43,436 nt of DNA from Acidimicrobiia bacterium UBA6912. Its GTDB lineage: Bacteria > Actinomycetota > Acidimicrobiia > Spongiisociales > UBA5794. Made by a program: the position numbers and the translations under genes. Under the pieces are notes generated by a model. It made no database searches, was not told where the DNA came from, and saw only the letters and a program-made list of their open reading frames with translations. Shown here in pieces: positions 41,164 through 43,436 of the stretch; positions within the stretch are counted from its first letter, which is position 1; each line of letters begins with the position of its first letter. Location of the stretch: NCBI GenBank assembly GCA_002450985.1, contig DKBA01000001.1, positions 1-43,436 on the forward strand, written 5' to 3'.

Positions 41164-41369
41164 TGGCACGAAGGGCACCGCCGATCGTCCTCTCGGGTGG
41201 GGGCATGGCACCAAGGGCAAGGGAGATCGGTGTCCGCCATCACGACGTGGAAGCCGGTCGACCCGTTGGCGAACCGGGGTGGGCGGTGGTGATGGTCGGG
41301 AGTGAACCTTCGCGTTGCCACGGTGACGCCCGCCGCCACCAGTGCACTCGCCACCAGGATGTCCACCAT
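41148..41369 (-). CDS. Small membrane-anchored zinc-ribbon protein (73 aa)
   Basis: AAGGAGG lies 6 nt upstream of ATG 41369. MVDILVASALVAAGVTVA is a hydrophobic helix, followed by CPWCH-x10-CPSCH. GC3-rich codons. The remainder of track ORF 41148..41693 is antisense to thrS. Confidence 0.55.
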   Translation of the reverse strand: MVDILVASALVAAGVTVATRRFTPDHHHRPPRFANGSTGFHVVMADTDLPCPWCHAPTREDDRRCPSCHQPFG

Positions 41370-41508
41370 GTGCCGCGCCTCCTTCGCCGACGCGTCGGAT
41401 CGTAGAGACGACAAGCCAAGTTTTCGCGGATTTCCGGCCGGAGCCGCATGGACCCGGCCCGGATCGGGCGGCGGTACCCTGTCGGCCCGCACTCTCGAGG
41501 AGGAGCAC

Positions 41509-43436
41509 GTGGCCATCCATCTCACCTTTCCCGACGGGACCGTCCGCGAGTACGCCGACGGCACCACGGGCGCGGAGGTGGCCGCCTCGATCGGTCCCCG
41601 GCTCGCCAAGGCGGCGGTTGCCGTGAAGCACGACGGTGTCGCCATCGACCTGTCGCGCCCCATCGAGGGCGACGGCGCCTTCGAGGTGATCACCGAGAAC
41701 AGCGAGGAGGGCCGCCACGTGATGCGCCACTCCGCGGCTCACGTCATGGCGCAGGCCGTGCTCGACCTGTTCCCGGGTGCGTCCTTCGCCATCGGCCCGC
41801 CCATCGAGGACGGCTTCTACTACGACTTCGAGATCGGCCGTCCGTTCACCCCCGAGGATCTCGAGAAGATCGAGGCTCGGATGCACGAGATCGTCGAGGA
41901 GGATCAGCCGTTCCAGCGCGAACAGCTCTCCAAGTCGGCGGCCCTCGAGGTGTTCGCCGCGCAGCCGTTCAAGCTCCAGATCATCGAGGGCGTCGACGAG
42001 AGCGAGGGGGCGGCCGGCACCGAGGTCAGCGTCTATCGCAATCTCGAGTTCGTCGATCTGTGCCGCGGGCCACACCTCCCGTCGACGGGGCGGCTCGCCG
42101 CCTTCTCGCTGCTGCGCAGCGCGGGCGCCTATTGGCGCGGCGACGAGCGCAACCCACAGCTCCAACGCATCTACGGGACCGCATGGGAGTCGAAGCAGGA
42201 GCTGGAGGCCTATCTCAACCGACTCGAAGAGGCGCGCAAGCGCGATCACCGCAAGCTCGGGCTCGAGCTGGAGCTGTTCTCGTTCCCCGCCGAGCTGGGC
42301 AGCGGGCTCGCGGTGTGGCACCCCAACGGGGGCATCGTGCGCAGGGCGATCGAGGACTACAGCAGGCGGACCCATGCGACGCACGGCTACGAGCTCGTCT
42401 TCTCTCCCCACGTGGCCAAGGCCGACCTGTGGCACACCTCGGGCCACCTGAGCTTCTACGCAGATGGGATGTACCCGGGGCTCGAGATCGACGAGGGTAC
42501 GGAGTACCGGCTGAAGCCCATGAACTGCCCGTTCCACATCCTCATCTACCGCAGCAAGGGTCGCAGCTACCGCGAGCTGCCGCTGCGGCTCTACGAGCTC
42601 GGCACCGTGTACCGCTACGAGCGGTCCGGGGTCGTCCACGGCCTGCTGCGGGCACGGGGCTTCACCCAGGACGACAGCCACATCTTCGTGATGGAGTCCC
42701 AGATCGGGGAGGAGTTGCAGAACCTGCTCGACTTCACCCTGATGGTCGTCCGCGACTTCGGCTTCGAGGACTTCGAGGCGGATCTCTCCACCCGCGACCC
42801 GGAGAAGTGGATGGGGGAGCTCCCGCTGTGGGAGAGGGCCACCGATGCGCTACGGGCGGCGCTCGAGAAGGCAGCGATTCCCTACGAGGTCGCCGAGGGG
42901 GAGGCGGCGTTCTACGGACCGAAGATCGACGTGCACGTGCGCGATGCGATCGGTAGGCGGTGGCAGCTCTCGACGCTCCAGGTCGATTTTGCGCAGCCGG
43001 AGAACTTCGACCTCCACTACACGACGAGCGAGAACGAGCGGGAACGCCCTGTCATGATCCACCGCGCCCTCATGGGGTCGATCGAGCGGTTCGTCGGCAT
43101 CCTGGTCGAGCACTACGCCGGGGCGCTGCCCGCGTGGCTCTCGCCGGTGCAGGCGACCATCGTGCCCGTCGCCGATCGCCACATCGAGTACGCCGAGAAG
43201 GTGGCGCACGAGCTGGCCGGCGCCGACGTGCGGGTCGAGGTCGATACGGCCGACGACACCGTTGGCGAGAAGATCCGGCGGGCGATCACCCACAAACGCC
43301 CGGCGGTCATCGTCGTCGGCGACAAGGACGTCGCAGGTGGAACCGTGGGGGTGCGGATGCGCGGCGAGGAGCACGAGCGCCGCGGGGTTCCGCTCGGGGA
43401 CGTGCGTGGCGAACTGGTCTCGCTGACACGGCCACC
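41509..43436 (+). CDS. thrS: Threonyl-tRNA synthetase, 3'-truncated by the window edge (642 codons visible)
   Basis: Not in the ORF track because there is no stop in the window. I translated the frame by hand from GTG 41509 (GAGGAGGAG SD) to the end without a stop. Motifs seen: TGS start VAIHLTFPDGTVREY, HSAAHVMAQAV, GPPIEDGFYYDF, KPMNCPFHILIY, YRYERSG, FTQDDSHIF, FYGPKID, MIHRALMGSIERF. Confidence 0.95.
   Translation, partial: MAIHLTFPDGTVREYADGTTGAEVAASIGPRLAKAAVAVKHDGVAIDLSRPIEGDGAFEVITENSEEGRHVMRHSAAHVMAQAVLDLFPGASFAIGPPIEDGFYYDFEIGRPFTPEDLEKIEARMHEIVEEDQPFQREQLSKSAALEVFAAQPFKLQIIEGVDESEGAAGTEVSVYRNLEFVDLCRGPHLPSTGRLAAFSLLRSAGAYWRGDERNPQLQRIYGTAWESKQELEAYLNRLEEARKRDHRKLGLELELFSFPAELGSGLAVWHPNGGIVRRAIEDYSRRTHATHGYELVFSPHVAKADLWHTSGHLSFYADGMYPGLEIDEGTEYRLKPMNCPFHILIYRSKGRSYRELPLRLYELGTVYRYERSGVVHGLLRARGFTQDDSHIFVMESQIGEELQNLLDFTLMVVRDFGFEDFEADLSTRDPEKWMGELPLWERATDALRAALEKAAIPYEVAEGEAAFYGPKIDVHVRDAIGRRWQLSTLQVDFAQPENFDLHYTTSENERERPVMIHRALMGSIERFVGILVEHYAGALPAWLSPVQATIVPVADRHIEYAEKVAHELAGADVRVEVDTADDTVGEKIRRAITHKRPAVIVVGDKDVAGGTVGVRMRGEEHERRGVPLGDVRGELVSLTRP

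Noticed and set aside
98-42681. Other very long overlapping track ORFs: 98..1564(+), 3840..5819(+), 6635..8206(-), 6484..8343(+), 10484..12520(-), 16732..18213(-), 28017..30185(-), 28964..30280(+), 30151..31452(-), 31905..33347(+), 35001..36239(-), 41134..42681(-), 41448..42956(+)
   Set aside because: Each lies antisense to or off-frame within a gene that has clear family motifs. Their compositions are Arg/Pro/Gly/Ala-rich low-complexity sequence, and none has an independent SD or promoter signal.
1-43436. CRISPR arrays, IS elements, integrases, prophage or toxin-antitoxin pairs, and large direct or inverted repeats
   Set aside because: I saw no regularly spaced repeats, no transposase, integrase or recombinase-like ORF, and no terminal inverted repeats. 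The only repeats noted are short coding-sequence trinucleotide tracts. A computational repeat search would be needed to exclude dispersed repeats.

Overview
Very GC-rich chromosomal segment of actinobacterial type, judged from mycothiol synthase mshD, an F420-type LLM oxidoreductase and many leaderless-looking starts. All family calls come from motif recognition by eye; no search was run. I can support 39 protein-coding genes. One of them, thrS, runs off the 3' end and is therefore missing from the ORF track. I found no rRNA, tRNA, CRISPR array, transposase, integrase or other mobile-element signature. Most long track ORFs that overlap these genes are antisense or off-frame shadow ORFs, as expected in high-GC DNA. 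Many track ORFs also carry spurious N-terminal extensions, which I trimmed using Shine-Dalgarno (SD) sites, -10 boxes or start/stop overlaps. Gene blocks, in order: (1) 0.1-3.5 kb holds an SDR, a hydroxypyruvate-isomerase-like TIM barrel, an LLM oxidoreductase and a DUF1905-like protein. (2) 3.5-8.3 kb holds a nucleotide cyclase/P-loop/TPR STAND protein head-to-head with a ClC channel carrying CBS and TrkA-C domains. (3) 8.5-14.3 kb is envelope-related: an alpha/beta hydrolase, an LPXTG-anchored Thr/Pro-rich protein, a cytoplasmic EEP phosphoesterase, a GT4 glycosyltransferase coupled to a hexapeptide acyltransferase, and a class-3 lipase. (4) 14.4-20.6 kb holds a GH13 alpha-glucosidase followed by a signal-less DRGH non-specific nuclease, a convergent 542-aa three-TM protein of unknown family, and hsp20 coupled to a DapB-like dehydrogenase. 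(5) 20.7-25.8 kb holds a helical protein coupled to a VOC protein, a DDAH-like/M20/YhhN operon and a secreted EEP protein. (6) 25.9-38.8 kb is the most interesting block. An abm-like CoA-dependent anthranilate dearomatisation gene set (aryl-CoA ligase, fused FAD-hydroxylase/OYE reductase, acyl-CoA dehydrogenase, SDR, enoyl-CoA hydratase, RidA) is physically joined to kynA, a kynureninase-like gene and trpB2, and is interrupted by kup. (7) 38.8-43.4 kb holds an orphan Flp pilin, a patatin-like lipase, mshD, a small SD-supported membrane zinc-ribbon protein and thrS. No classical DNA-binding regulator is recognisable anywhere in the window.
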